Shown here: piece by piece, positions 8,279 through 18,017 of the stretch | Position numbering within the stretch: the first letter of the stretch is position 1 | Layout of the letters: each line of letters opens with the position of its first letter | NCBI GenBank assembly: GCA_035763125.1 | Contig: DASUBU010000211.1 | Coordinates: forward strand, 2,134-66,133 | Reading direction: 5' to 3' | DNA length: 64,000 nucleotides | Origin: Ktedonobacterales bacterium | Lineage (GTDB): Bacteria > Chloroflexota > Ktedonobacteria > Ktedonobacterales > JADMIN01 | The notes under the pieces: model-generated | Databases searched by the model: none | Told to the model about the DNA's origin: nothing | What the model saw: only the letters and a program-made list of their open reading frames with translations | Translations under genes and position numbers: made by a program

Positions 8279-9727
8279 CTACCCTCGCGCCTGCGTGCCC
8301 AGCATCGCTTCGGCCGAGGTGCCCAGCGCGGCGACGTCCTTCGCGTAGAAGCGGCTGCCCCAGATGCCGACGATGCCCGAGGCGACGAGTACAACGGGGC
8401 AGGTGAGCAGCAGTGCGATGCCGAGATGTTGGCTGCCGACAAACGCCAGCGCATCGGAGAGGCTCCCGACCGCGAACGCCGCGTAGACATCGCCGAAGAG
8501 ATGCGAGAGGGTGAGTGTCAGACCGCCCGCATAGGCGCGTCCGCTCGGCGGGACGACATCCTGGACGGCGGCGCTGGCCGGTCCGTTGTAGAAGTTCAGC
8601 GTCGTGGACGCCAGCAACCCGAAGACTATGAAGATGGCGACGCCGATGGTGATCTGCGTGCCGGGCGTGAGTGCTGTGTAGGCGGGAATGGCGCGGAGCA
8701 CGAGCGGCGCCGCGAGTGTGATGGCCACCGTTGGCGCGGAGAGCAGGAAGCCGAGGCCGCTTACACGCACCCGCGCGCCGGTGATGCGGCGGCTCATGCG
8801 GTCAGCTAGCGCGCCGCCGAGCAGATTGCCGGCAATGCCGCCTATCAGCAGAATCACGCTCGGCAGCAGCACCGTAATCGTGTCAGGCAGGCCGTTTGCG
8901 CCGTATGGCCCCGACTGCCCATAGATGTCGCTGAGATAGATGATCAGGAACGTCGCAATGGAAAAGAGCGCGAAGAAGCCGAGCGCCTGCATGGCGATCA
9001 CGACGCGCACCGTGGGGATGCCCAGGTATTCGCGGGTCGCGCGGTAGAAGCGAGCCTCCGCTGCGCTCTGCTCGGCCACGGGATCCTCCTCGTGGCGAAT
9101 CTTCTCGCGCGTGCGGAAGAACAGCACGGCGAGGATCAAACCGGGCACGGCGGCCACGTAGAAGCCGACGCGCCAGTAGTCGCGGCCAAGCGAAACGAGA
9201 ATCGCCTCAGTGATGAGGAATCCGACGGCCCCGCCAACCAGCGAGCCGACACTCCAGCGCGAGAGGACTCGCGCCCGGCGCGAGGGCGGAAAGTAGGCGG
9301 CGAGCATCGGCGTACCGGCGGGGTAGTAGCTGCCCTCGCCAATGCCGACGATCGTGCGCGCGAAGAGCATCGTCCCGAAGCTTCCGGCGAGTGCGGTTAG
9401 CGCCGTCGCCAGGCTCCAGACTGCCACACCGGCGGCGACGATGTTCTTCCGGCTGGTGCGGTCGGCGATGAACCCAAACGCGAAGGCGACCAGCGCGTAG
9501 ACCAGCAGGAAGCCGCTCGCGAGAAAGCCGATCTGAGAGTCGTTGAAGTTAAACTCGTCTTGAATGATCTTTGAAAAGCCCGAGAAGACGAAACGGTCGG
9601 CGTAATTCACCAGATTGATCAGGAACATCAGCCAGAAGATGTAGCGCGCGTACCGTGTGGCGCGACGCAGGGCGCCGGCGTCGGCGGGACGGGATGGGGC
9701 GGCCTGCAGCGGGGTAGCCTCGCTCAT
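8279..9727 (-). CDS. MFS transporter
   Basis: 12-TM-like hydrophobic profile. MFS motif A-like GFIADRTSRKN. GAGGAG RBS. Confidence 0.8.
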   Translation of the reverse strand: MSEATPLQAAPSRPADAGALRRATRYARYIFWLMFLINLVNYADRFVFSGFSKIIQDEFNFNDSQIGFLASGFLLVYALVAFAFGFIADRTSRKNIVAAGVAVWSLATALTALAGSFGTMLFARTIVGIGEGSYYPAGTPMLAAYFPPSRRARVLSRWSVGSLVGGAVGFLITEAILVSLGRDYWRVGFYVAAVPGLILAVLFFRTREKIRHEEDPVAEQSAAEARFYRATREYLGIPTVRVVIAMQALGFFALFSIATFLIIYLSDIYGQSGPYGANGLPDTITVLLPSVILLIGGIAGNLLGGALADRMSRRITGARVRVSGLGFLLSAPTVAITLAAPLVLRAIPAYTALTPGTQITIGVAIFIVFGLLASTTLNFYNGPASAAVQDVVPPSGRAYAGGLTLTLSHLFGDVYAAFAVGSLSDALAFVGSQHLGIALLLTCPVVLVASGIVGIWGSRFYAKDVAALGTSAEAMLGTQARG

Positions 9728-9970
9728 TTGGGGGACTCCTCGGCGATCGGCGGCGATTACTCGCGACGTAGGAAGCTAACGGCAGGACATCTGGCCAGCA
9801 GTATAGGATGATGCAGTGGAGAAGGCCGTGTGGACGCGCCTCATGACGCGGTGGCAGCGTTGGCGGCCATTCTAGCATGCCGCCGGCAGCCGCACAAGCG
9901 CCGACTCTGTCAGCATTTGCGCGCAAGAATTGCGGCGGCACTTTACGCAGCCACCACGGCATGCTATCCT

Positions 9971-9986
9971 GTACTATGAAAAGTAC
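9971..9986. promoter_or_regulatory. Perfect inverted repeat GTACT-N6-AGTAC in the divergent MFS/HxlR intergenic region (candidate HxlR operator)
   Basis: gtactatgaaaagtac read directly, about 85 bp upstream of the HxlR ATG. Confidence 0.3.
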
Positions 9987-10068
9987 CAGCTAGAACCGTT
10001 CATTTCGGGCGATTCCCACTGTGGATTCGCCACGCAGCTCGCCTGGGCACGGGCAGGAGCAGAAGCGT

Positions 10069-10428
10069 ATGACACACCAGAGTTCGGCGGTCCAGGATAG
10101 CCCGCCCACCACCCATGAGCAGGTCGTCTGCCCCGTTGCCCGCACAGCTGAGATTGTGAGCGGCAAGTGGACGCTCCTCATCCTCCGCGACCTGACGACT
10201 GGCACGAAGCGCTTCAGCGAGCTCGAGCGCTCGCTGATTGGCATCAGCCCCAAGACGCTTTCCGAGCGGCTCTCGTCGCTCGAGCGTGAGGGCGTGTTGC
10301 ATCGCCGCACCTACGCCGAGGTGCCGCCCAAGGTCGAGTACTCGCTGACCGAGAAGGGTCAGGCACTGGCAGACCTGATTGACGCCATGCGCGCGTATGG
10401 CAATCGCTGGCTCTGCTGCGGCGAGTAG
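10069..10428 (+). CDS. HxlR-family winged-helix transcriptional regulator
   Basis: CPVARTAEIVSGKWTLLILRDL...RFSELERSL.GISPKTLSERLSSLEREGVL.R...EVPPKVEYSLTEKG. The start is ATG 10069 or GTG 10021. Confidence 0.8.
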   Translation: MTHQSSAVQDSPPTTHEQVVCPVARTAEIVSGKWTLLILRDLTTGTKRFSELERSLIGISPKTLSERLSSLEREGVLHRRTYAEVPPKVEYSLTEKGQALADLIDAMRAYGNRWLCCGE

Positions 10429-10447
10429 TCTTCTTCCCCCACACGGC

Positions 10448-11011
10448 CTACTGTACGCGCTCCCAGCCGCCGGGATAGTCCACCACCAGGCCCACATCGT
10501 CCACCGTCAGCTCAGCCATGAATCCGGTGGCGCTCTCGTAGCGATAGCGGCGCTCGTCGAGCCTGGTGTAGCGCTGTGGCAGCGGCTCGATGGTCAGTTC
10601 GGGGAAACGCACCCAGGCGGCAGTGACATCGCAGCTTTCGCCGATGGCAAGCGCCAGCCGGCGCAGTGGCAGCGTATTAGTCGCCGGTGTCATGCCCAGA
10701 TCTACGTCAACACAGCCATGTACCACTTCCAGCTCGCGGCCGTCGCCGTCGAACCAGCGCCGATTGTGTGCGCGCAGCTCGATATAGCGTTGCGCGGAGG
10801 GCGTGCGCAGCTCGACCCTGGCAGTGCGCGTGGCCCAGTCTGCGTCGCAGCCGACGGCGTAGCGCACCTGCGCTGGCTCGCCGTGATAGTCCGTGACCAC
10901 CAGCCCCTCTAGCCGCCACCCGCGGGAGTCGCGCCACAGCGCACACTCATCGCTGCCCGTTCCACGTCCCGCCGCTGGCCGCCAGATAGCGGTCCGGTCT
11001 GCCTCTTTCAT
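10448..11011 (-). CDS. DUF1089 (putative glycolipid-binding) family protein
   Basis: GCVDVDLGMTPATNTLPLRRLAL and VDDVGLVVDYPGGWERV resemble the DUF1089 signature as I recall it. Internal ATG at 11011. Confidence 0.6.
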   Translation of the reverse strand: MKEADRTAIWRPAAGRGTGSDECALWRDSRGWRLEGLVVTDYHGEPAQVRYAVGCDADWATRTARVELRTPSAQRYIELRAHNRRWFDGDGRELEVVHGCVDVDLGMTPATNTLPLRRLALAIGESCDVTAAWVRFPELTIEPLPQRYTRLDERRYRYESATGFMAELTVDDVGLVVDYPGGWERVQ

Positions 11012-11015
11012 ATCG

Positions 11016-11597
11016 TTATCCGTCCCTGTCCTGGTCCTGGCGCGTCCCGCTCGCCTCGTCCGCACTGTCCGCGGTCTCCGCGCCGCCCATGTCCGCCAGC
11101 AGGCGCCTGTAGGTAATGTAGGCATCGTCGCTGAAGCAGACGAAGATGATCGCGCGGAGCGAGGTGGGCCGCGCCAAGAAGCGCCGCGCCTCGGTCAGCG
11201 CAATACGTGTCGCCGGCTCGAGTGGGTAGCCGTAGATGCCGGTGCTGATGGCCGGGAAGGCGATGGTCTCGACGCCGTGCGCGGCGGCCAGCGCCAGACT
11301 GTTGCGATAGCAGCTCGCCAGCAGCTCCGGCTCACCATGGTTGCCGCCATTCCAGACGGGTCCGACGACGTGGATGACGTAGCGCGCCGGCAGACGGTGG
11401 CCGCCGGTCAGCTTAGCCTCGCCGGTGCGGCAGCCGCCGAGCGTACGGCATTCCGCGAGCAGCTCCGGCCCCGCCGCGCGGTGAATCGCGCCGTCTACCC
11501 CGCCGCCGCCCAGCAGCGAGCTGTTGGCCGCGTTGACGATGGCGTCCACCGCCAGCCGCGTGATGTCGCCCTGCACAATCTCGATGCGGCCCTGCAT
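11016..11597 (-). CDS. Macro-domain protein (O-acetyl-ADP-ribose deacetylase / ADP-ribosylhydrolase, YmdB-like)
   Basis: [39 protein letters not shown] and [14 protein letters not shown]. Confidence 0.85.
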   Translation of the reverse strand: MQGRIEIVQGDITRLAVDAIVNAANSSLLGGGGVDGAIHRAAGPELLAECRTLGGCRTGEAKLTGGHRLPARYVIHVVGPVWNGGNHGEPELLASCYRNSLALAAAHGVETIAFPAISTGIYGYPLEPATRIALTEARRFLARPTSLRAIIFVCFSDDAYITYRRLLADMGGAETADSADEASGTRQDQDRDG

Positions 11598-11599
11598 GC

Positions 11600-12244
11600 C
11601 TACCTCCCAAGCGCGTCGCGGGCGAGCAGCAAGCCGATGACCGACTTGCTGTCATCAATGGCGCCGTCGCGGACGAGGTTGAGTGCCTCGGCCAGTGGCA
11701 TCCACTCGAGCGAGTCAATCTCATGCGGGTCGGGCGCCGCGCCGGGGATTTGCTCCAGGCTGCGGGCCAGATAGATGGAGATCGCCTCGTTGGTGAAGCC
11801 GGGCGACGTGAAGACGCGCGTCAGCAGCTGCCAGTCGCTCGCCAGGAAGCCCGTCTCCTCGCGCAGCTCGCGCACGGCGGTCAAATCAGGGTGGTCACGC
11901 TCCTCCGGCTCGACTAGGCCGGCGGGGATCTCCAGCAGGTCTTTGCCAACCGCTGGCCGGCGCTGCCGGACCAATGCCACACGCGGCTCCGCATACGGCT
12001 CACGCGTGGGGGCAGGATCGTAGCGTATGGCGACGATGGCCACGGCGTCGGGGTGGCCCACGATCTCGTAGGGTGTGGTGCTGCCGTCGGCGTGCGTCAC
12101 AGGTATCTGCCGGATGGTAATCAGCTTGCCTGTGTAGATCGTCCGCGCACGCGGCCGTGCGGCTCGCGCCGAGCCAGCCGCCGCACTTCGGCTCGTCCCG
12201 ACCTTCTTCATTCCCCGTTTGGACGCCGTCGTCCGCTCGCTCAT
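11600..12244 (-). CDS. NUDIX hydrolase (ADP-ribose pyrophosphatase-like)
   Basis: Nudix box GLVEPEE....[14 protein letters not shown] at 12244 with a GGAGAGG RBS. The stop is 2 nt from the macro-domain gene start. Confidence 0.8.
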   Translation of the reverse strand: MSERTTASKRGMKKVGTSRSAAAGSARAARPRARTIYTGKLITIRQIPVTHADGSTTPYEIVGHPDAVAIVAIRYDPAPTREPYAEPRVALVRQRRPAVGKDLLEIPAGLVEPEERDHPDLTAVRELREETGFLASDWQLLTRVFTSPGFTNEAISIYLARSLEQIPGAAPDPHEIDSLEWMPLAEALNLVRDGAIDDSKSVIGLLLARDALGR

Positions 12245-12337
12245 GGCCTTCGCCTCTCCGGCCCCACGTGCGCGCTCCACGTGCACGCCTCGCCGCAGCA
12301 TAACACGCGCGGCGCTGCGCAAGCCAGCGGGCGGCGG

Positions 12338-13600
12338 CTACACGGTCAGCGCGCCGCGGACGAAGTATTGCGTCTGCACGACGAGCAACAGCGTGAAGAC
12401 CGCCAGCACGAGCGCTGTCTGCCACGGACGGCGAGTGAGTCGCGCGAGCAGCAGCAGGCACGGGAAAATTTCGAGCATGTAGCGCGCGTCGGAGAGCAGC
12501 GGCCAGCCGTTGGTGGGGTAGGTGAGCACGAGCACAAAGATCGCCACGCTGAAGAGCAGATCACCCACGGGCAAGCGACGGATGCCGAGGATGAGCAGGA
12601 TAGCGAAGAGCACGACGCAGAAGATATCTATCAGCTCGTCCGCGCGGAAGCGTGGGTTGGTCTGGCCCAAGAAGAATGGCACGGCATAGGCGAGGGTGGC
12701 CCAGGGCGCCGTGAGCTTGTGGTGCCAGTAGCGCTCGGCGTGCTCGAAGGCCAGGGGATCGCCGACGGCGAGCCAGAGCCACGCCATGAAGAGCAGCAAC
12801 CCACCAGGAATCAGCACGATTGCCAGCGCATCGGCATGGAGACGCGACATCTGGCGTGGTAAGTGAGGAAGATGGAGCGGGTGGGGCCAGCGCCAGCCGT
12901 GGGCACTGGCGTACGAGAAGGCGAAGGGCAGGACGAGGAAGAGGCCCATCTGGCGCGTCGTCGCGGCCAGCAAGCCGAGCGCGCCAGCCAGCCACCAGCG
13001 CTGGTGACGCAGCGCTACCACGCACCAGATGGCCAGCGCCAGGAAGAGCGATTCGGCGTAGCCGGCGAAGAGGAAGAGGGCGGAGGGGAAGAGGGTGAGG
13101 TAGAGCATGGCTCGGCGGGCAGTGGGGAGGTCGGCGTCGCGTGCGGCCAGCGCGGCCAGCCCCAGCAGCGCGACGAGATAGGCGGCGTTCGAGACGACCA
13201 GTGTGGCGATGTAGTCAGCGTGGTAGCGGGGACCAAGCGGCTCGAAGGGCAGTGCGACGAGGTGCACGAGCCACGGCATCAGCGGGAAGAACGCGTCGCG
13301 CCAGGGTGTGGCGGCCAAGTAGCCATCGGCCGCCAGCCGCGCGTAGTAGCTGGCATCGTAGCGCACCCAGGTGCCGACAAACGAGCTGGTGCCGCTGCCG
13401 ATAGGCGCCAGGAAGCGCTGCGCAAGCAGCGTGAGCAGCACGAAGCCGGCACGCGAGATGGCGAAGATCGCCAGGGCGAACCGCACGAGCTCCGGCGTGA
13501 GCCCCAGCCGGCGCAGCGTGCCTGCCAGCCACAGCCGTCCTGCCAGCGGGCGCTCCGCCGCGGCCTCGCGCTTCGCGGTGATCGCCGGGGTGTCGCTCAC
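12338..13600 (-). CDS. Polytopic membrane glycosyl/mannosyltransferase, PIG-V-like (GT-C type)
   Basis: WVRYDASYYARLAADGYLAATPWRDAFFPLMPWL resembles the PIG-V family motif. More than 10 TM helices. Confidence 0.55.
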   Translation of the reverse strand: MSDTPAITAKREAAAERPLAGRLWLAGTLRRLGLTPELVRFALAIFAISRAGFVLLTLLAQRFLAPIGSGTSSFVGTWVRYDASYYARLAADGYLAATPWRDAFFPLMPWLVHLVALPFEPLGPRYHADYIATLVVSNAAYLVALLGLAALAARDADLPTARRAMLYLTLFPSALFLFAGYAESLFLALAIWCVVALRHQRWWLAGALGLLAATTRQMGLFLVLPFAFSYASAHGWRWPHPLHLPHLPRQMSRLHADALAIVLIPGGLLLFMAWLWLAVGDPLAFEHAERYWHHKLTAPWATLAYAVPFFLGQTNPRFRADELIDIFCVVLFAILLILGIRRLPVGDLLFSVAIFVLVLTYPTNGWPLLSDARYMLEIFPCLLLLARLTRRPWQTALVLAVFTLLLVVQTQYFVRGALTV

Positions 13601-13898
13601 GTCACGTGCTCCTCATGGCCGCGCTCGGCGTCTCCGTCGTACTCCCTGGCGTCACCGCCGTCTGTCGCGGCCCGCATAGGCGGATACTGCCGCCGTGACG
13701 CTCTCACACGCCACTATAGCGAAGGGTGGGGTCGAGGACAAGCAAGGGCGGCATTCGTGCTGGGTGCTGCGGTATGCTCTGGGCGAGCGGCCGGCTGAAG
13801 GGTGCTGGCTATCGGAGCCGCCGGCCGGTGCGGGCCGGCGGAGGCAGAGTGCCGCGCGGCGCGTGGCGCATAGCGAGCGCGGCGGGAGGGAGCGACCT

Positions 13899-14279
13899 GT
13901 GGCGGTGCGGATCGCGGCGATGACCCTGCGTGTGATCTTCCTGGTCAATTTGGTGTTGGGCATGCTCTTCTGGACACACACGCTCGTCGGACAGTCGGCG
14001 GCGGGCTGGAAGCTGCTGCACATGGCGCTCGGCATCCTCTTCGTCGCGGCGCTGTGGCTGCTGGGAGCCCTGCAAGCGATGCGCGGCGGGCCTATCGGTC
14101 TGATGGTGGGCACCTTCGTTCTCGGACTGTTGCTGGCCATCATTGGCTTCGTGCAGGACGAGACGGCCTGGCTGCAGATCATCCATGTGCTGCTGGCGCT
14201 CGGGGCCATTGGGCTGGGCGAGATGAGCGGGGCGCGCTACCGCCGGCTGAGCGCAGGTGCGGCTGCGCGCGGCGCGTAG
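13899..14279 (+). CDS. Small membrane protein (about 4 TM), hypothetical
   Basis: Hydrophobic MTLRVIFLVNLVLGMLFW... GTG at 13899 preceded by GGGAGGGAG. The alternative start is ATG 13920. Confidence 0.5.
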   Translation: MAVRIAAMTLRVIFLVNLVLGMLFWTHTLVGQSAAGWKLLHMALGILFVAALWLLGALQAMRGGPIGLMVGTFVLGLLLAIIGFVQDETAWLQIIHVLLALGAIGLGEMSGARYRRLSAGAAARGA

Positions 14280-14283
14280 ACCG

Positions 14284-15510
14284 ATGGCGCGCGGGGATGG
14301 CAGCACGGCGCGCGATGAGACCCTTGTTCGTCTGATCGCCGTCGGCAACCGCATTCGTATTCCCGCCAGTGAGGCCGCCTTTCGCGCTGAGCTTGAGCGC
14401 ATCGTCGGGCTGGCCGTTCCGCACATCGCAGACGACCGTCCAACGCTGGTGGCGCTGGGCGAGCTGCTGGGGCTGCCGGCCGCGCTGGCCGGGCCGCGCG
14501 GCGCTCTGGCTCGCCGCGCGCACCGCTCGCGCACGGCGCTGAGTTTGCTCGCGCTGGCCTCTCTACCGCGCGTGCTGGCCTACCGCCGCCGCTGGCCGGG
14601 CATCTCGCTGCCCCGCGCGCTGCTGCTCGCGCTGACCGATGCGCTCTACCGTCCGTTTGCCGAAATGCTCTCGGCGCTGGCCCACCGCCATCACATCACC
14701 ATCGCCGCCACCACACTCGCGCCGCGCGTGCGGCGCTCGACCGACCCCCGCGTGATCCGCCGCTTCAGCCGCCGCGGCGCGAATGCCGTCTACCTGCCCA
14801 CCGGCCCGGAAGTCTACAACGCCGCGCTGGTCTTTGGTCCCGACGGCGCGCTTCTCGGCCGCGTGGAAAAGGTCTTCCTCACACCATCCGAGCGCGAGAC
14901 GCTGGATCTGTCGCCGGGGCGACTGGAGGACGTGCAGGTGATCGAGTCGCCGGCTGGGCGGCTGGGCGTGGCGATCAGCCTGGATGCCTTCACGCCGGAG
15001 TATCTGCGCCGGCTCGACGCGCTGGGCGCCGAGATCGTGGTGCAGAACGACGCCAACGACGCGCCCTGGGCAGGGCCGGGTGGGCGCGGCGCCTGGCAGC
15101 CGCTGGAATGGCTCGACGCGGTGCTCGGCGCGCTCCAGCCGGCGTATCCGAATCTGCGCTACGACGTGTGCCCAATGCAGACCGGCAATTTCTTCGACAT
15201 CGTCTTCGACGGCCAGTCCACCTTCACCGCCCGTGCCGAGACGCCTCCAGAGCGCCCGCGCGCCCTGATCGGCGTGGACGAGTACGTCTCGGTGGCGACC
15301 GGCGAGCCGCTGGTGGGGCGCTTCCTGGCTGTCGCGCCGTGGGTGGCGCCCGATCCAGCCGACGAGGAGCCGGCGCTCTCGCTGGAGGAGCGCCGCGCGC
15401 GACTCGCCGCGATCAGCCGCGAGCTACGGCCCGGCGGCTCGCGCGCGAACGCCTACCGCGAGTCGGTGATCTGGGCCGACGTGCCCGTGCGCAGCGCAAC
15501 TAGTGGATGA
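14284..15510 (+). CDS. Carbon-nitrogen hydrolase (nitrilase-superfamily)-like protein
   Basis: LVALGELLGLP (Glu), GRVEKVFLTPSE (Lys), and GVAISLDAFTPEY, where the nucleophile Cys is normally found. Confidence 0.55.
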   Translation: MARGDGSTARDETLVRLIAVGNRIRIPASEAAFRAELERIVGLAVPHIADDRPTLVALGELLGLPAALAGPRGALARRAHRSRTALSLLALASLPRVLAYRRRWPGISLPRALLLALTDALYRPFAEMLSALAHRHHITIAATTLAPRVRRSTDPRVIRRFSRRGANAVYLPTGPEVYNAALVFGPDGALLGRVEKVFLTPSERETLDLSPGRLEDVQVIESPAGRLGVAISLDAFTPEYLRRLDALGAEIVVQNDANDAPWAGPGGRGAWQPLEWLDAVLGALQPAYPNLRYDVCPMQTGNFFDIVFDGQSTFTARAETPPERPRALIGVDEYVSVATGEPLVGRFLAVAPWVAPDPADEEPALSLEERRARLAAISRELRPGGSRANAYRESVIWADVPVRSATSG

Positions 15511-15522
15511 TCTTGCTTAGCG

Positions 15523-15855
15523 CTAAGAGGCCACGAATGCGAGCGCTTCGCGTGCCAGCAGCAGCCATTCCTCGTCGGAGGCTGGGTCTATGGCGATCCA
15601 CTCCTTCATCGGCCGGCCGCGATTGGCGGTGAAGCGCTCGCCCGCGCCGGAAACGACGAGAGCATCTACCCGCGCCTTCGGCAGCTTGACGACCAGTTGG
15701 CCGCGGACGAGCATGGCGAAGATCTTGCCGTGGAACTTCAGCCCCGCCGAGCCGAAGGCCTTGCCTTCGGTGGGTGGCGTGACACCGGGCGTGCCGAGGA
15801 ATCCCTCGACGAGCGCGGCAAAGCGCGCTTCGGGCGTGATTGGTGATTGGCTCAT
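15523..15855 (-). CDS. TfoX N-terminal-domain-like small protein
   Basis: C-terminal 110 aa of ORF 15523..16419, starting MSQSPITPEARFAALVEGF... ATG at 15855 preceded by GGAGGAGG. The remainder of that ORF is antisense to the tetR gene. Confidence 0.55.
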   Translation of the reverse strand: MSQSPITPEARFAALVEGFLGTPGVTPPTEGKAFGSAGLKFHGKIFAMLVRGQLVVKLPKARVDALVVSGAGERFTANRGRPMKEWIAIDPASDEEWLLLAREALAFVAS

Positions 15856-15963
15856 GAAACGGAAGCCTCCTCCATAGAGAGCGATAGCGGGCCCTGGACG
15901 GTCAGATGCCGCGACCGGCCAACGCAGCACAGCGATGGCCCTAATTCCTTTTGAGGGTTCTCC

Positions 15964-15993
15964 TTGACAGGCGCTCTTGCGGTCAGGTATGCT
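15964..15993 (+). promoter_or_regulatory. Sigma-70-like promoter for the tetR gene (TTGACA-18 nt-TATGCT)
   Basis: Read directly: ttgaca at 15964..15969 and tatgct at 15988..15993. Confidence 0.4.
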
Positions 15994-16002
15994 TGCCGTA
16001 GA

Positions 16003-16015
16003 TTCACTGAGTGAA
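16003..16015. promoter_or_regulatory. Inverted repeat TTCAC-TGA-GTGAA just downstream of the -10 (candidate TetR operator)
   Basis: ttcactgagtgaa read directly. It shares the core ACTGAGT with the palindrome at 16688..16707. Confidence 0.4.
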
Positions 16016-16047
16016 CGTTCAGCCAACGAAATTTGGAGGGAGGCGAG

Positions 16048-16635
16048 ATGGTGGCGTCTACCCCTTCCAAGCGCGGCGCGCAGGCCCAAGAGCGGCGCAA
16101 CCAACTGATCGACGTGGCGCGCTCCCTCTTTGCCGAGAAGGGGATGGAGCGCACCAGTATCAAAGAGATCGCCGCGGCGGCCGATGTGGCGCAAGGGCTG
16201 ATCTACCACTATTTCCGCAGCAAAGACGAGCTGTTCTGGGCGATCATTCAGCGCGACAACCCGATGCCGGTGATGATGGACGTCTATGCGCACGCCGAGG
16301 GGATGCCCGTCCGTGACTTCTTGATCTACGCCGCCAGGACCGCCTTTGCCACGGCCAGCGAGCGGCGTGATCTGATTCGCATCATCATCCACGAGACGAT
16401 GGCGCATCCTGAGATGCAACAGAGCTTGCGGGGGCTACAGCAGATGGCCATTGGGATGCTGAGCGGCTATCTGACCGGCCGCGTCGCCGCCGGTGAGCTG
16501 CGCCCGCACGATACGCAGGTCAGCGCGCGCATGCTCATGGGCTCGGTGATCGCAATGCTCGTGACTGGCCTGCCGCCGGAGCCATATATCGAGCAGGTGG
16601 TCGAGAACCTGCTGCACGGCATCGGGGCGCAATAG
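16048..16635 (+). CDS. TetR/AcrR-family transcriptional regulator
   Basis: RRNQLIDVARSLFAEKGMERTSIKEIAAAADVAQGLIYHYFRSKDELF. Confidence 0.85.
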   Translation: MVASTPSKRGAQAQERRNQLIDVARSLFAEKGMERTSIKEIAAAADVAQGLIYHYFRSKDELFWAIIQRDNPMPVMMDVYAHAEGMPVRDFLIYAARTAFATASERRDLIRIIIHETMAHPEMQQSLRGLQQMAIGMLSGYLTGRVAAGELRPHDTQVSARMLMGSVIAMLVTGLPPEPYIEQVVENLLHGIGAQ

Positions 16636-16687
16636 TTCGGCGCGCAGCCGCCGCAAAGGGAGGTAGACATACACCGCGGCCAATTAA

Positions 16688-16707
16688 CTGACTGAGTACT
16701 CACTCAG
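16688..16707. promoter_or_regulatory. 20-bp near-perfect palindrome CTGACTGAGTACTCACTCAG upstream of the ABC ATPase gene (candidate TetR operator)
   Basis: Read directly. The central 10 bp, TGAGTACTCA, are perfectly palindromic. Lies about 40 bp upstream of the ATG at 16744. Confidence 0.4.
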
Positions 16708-16743
16708 CACTCATCTTCGAACCGCCTTTCAGGAGGCTCGCCC

Positions 16744-17556
16744 ATGCAGGCAAATCGCCCAGATGCGCCAGTCGTGCTCGACGGCGTGACGAAAGTCTTC
16801 GGCAAACTGCGCGCGCTGGACGGCGTCAGCTTCGATGTCGCGGCCGGCGAGACGTTCGGCTTGATTGGTCCCAACGGCTCCGGCAAGACGACGCTGATCC
16901 GTCTGCTGCTCGGGCTGGCGCGCCCCACCGCTGGCACGATTCGCGTGCTCGGCCGCCCGATGCCTGCCCGTTCGGTCGCCCTGCGCATTGGCTACATGAC
17001 GCAGGCCAATGCGCTCTACGGCGATCTGACGGCGCGCGAGAATCTGACCTTCTTCGGCGCGATCTATGGCCTGCATGGCGCGCGGCTGCGGCGACGCATC
17101 GAGGCGGTGCTCGAGCTGGTTGGCCTGACCGAGCGTGGCGGGGCGACGGTCGGCACGCTCAGCGGCGGGATGCGCCAGCGCGTCTCGCTGGCCTGCGCGC
17201 TGATCCACGAGCCGCGGCTGCTCTTCCTCGACGAGCCGACGGTCGGCATAGACCCGGAGCTGCGGCTGACGTTCTGGGACTACTTCAAGCGGCTGAACGC
17301 TGAAGGCGTCACGATTCTGGTCTCGACGCACCACCTGGATGAGGCGGCACGCTGCGACCGGCTGGCGCTGCTGCGCTTCGGTAGGCTGCTGGCGGTGGAT
17401 AGTCCGGACGCCCTGCGCCGCCAGTCGGGCGAGGATGACTTCGACCGCGCCTTCCTCTACTTTGCCCAGCGGCCGGAGGCGGAGAGAGAACGCGCCACCG
17501 GAGACACCGGAGACACGGAGGTGCACAGAGCGGGGAGAGAGTGGCAGACCGAATAG
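16744..17556 (+). CDS. ABC transporter ATP-binding protein
   Basis: Walker A GPNGSGKTT, signature LSGGMRQRV, Walker B LLFLDEPT. Confidence 0.9.
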   Translation: MQANRPDAPVVLDGVTKVFGKLRALDGVSFDVAAGETFGLIGPNGSGKTTLIRLLLGLARPTAGTIRVLGRPMPARSVALRIGYMTQANALYGDLTARENLTFFGAIYGLHGARLRRRIEAVLELVGLTERGGATVGTLSGGMRQRVSLACALIHEPRLLFLDEPTVGIDPELRLTFWDYFKRLNAEGVTILVSTHHLDEAARCDRLALLRFGRLLAVDSPDALRRQSGEDDFDRAFLYFAQRPEAERERATGDTGDTEVHRAGREWQTE

Positions 17557-17615
17557 GGTGGATATGGAGAGCGTGAAGAAGGCGAACGGGGTGAACAGGG
17601 GAAGGACGGTATCGC

Positions 17616-18017
17616 ATGCCGCTGCCACAAACAGTTGCGCGTTTCAATCGCCGCGTGACCAATCGTATCACAGGCCAATTTGCCGACCAGTTGCCGGGGT
17701 TCGGCATCGTGATCCACAAAGGGCGCCGGTCGGGGCGGATGTACCACACGCCTCTCAATGTCTTCCGCGCTGGGAATGACTACATCATCGCGCTGACCTA
17801 CGGCGCTGAGACGGACTGGGTGCGCAACGTGCTCGCGGCAGACGGGTGCGAGATCGTGACACGCGGTCGGCGCATCCGCCTCGCCCATCCGCGCCTCATC
17901 ACGGACCCGCCCATGCCATGGGCGCCGTTGCCCGTGCGCCTGATCCTCAGAGCGACTGGCGTGACGGAGTACATGCGATTGACGCGCGTCGCGGCCGAGG
18001 GTGGAGAGCCGCGATGA
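17616..18017 (+). CDS. Deazaflavin (F420)-dependent nitroreductase-family protein (DUF385-like)
   Basis: FNRRVTNRITG...GIVIHKGRRSGRMYHTPLNVF..GNDYIIALTYGAETDWVRNVLA. Confidence 0.65.
   Translation: MPLPQTVARFNRRVTNRITGQFADQLPGFGIVIHKGRRSGRMYHTPLNVFRAGNDYIIALTYGAETDWVRNVLAADGCEIVTRGRRIRLAHPRLITDPPMPWAPLPVRLILRATGVTEYMRLTRVAAEGGEPR

Noticed and set aside
15856-16419. Upstream 190 codons of ORF 15523..16419 (minus strand)
   Set aside because: It is antisense to the well-supported tetR gene. Only the last 110 codons, after an internal ATG with a GGAGGAGG RBS, look like a real protein.
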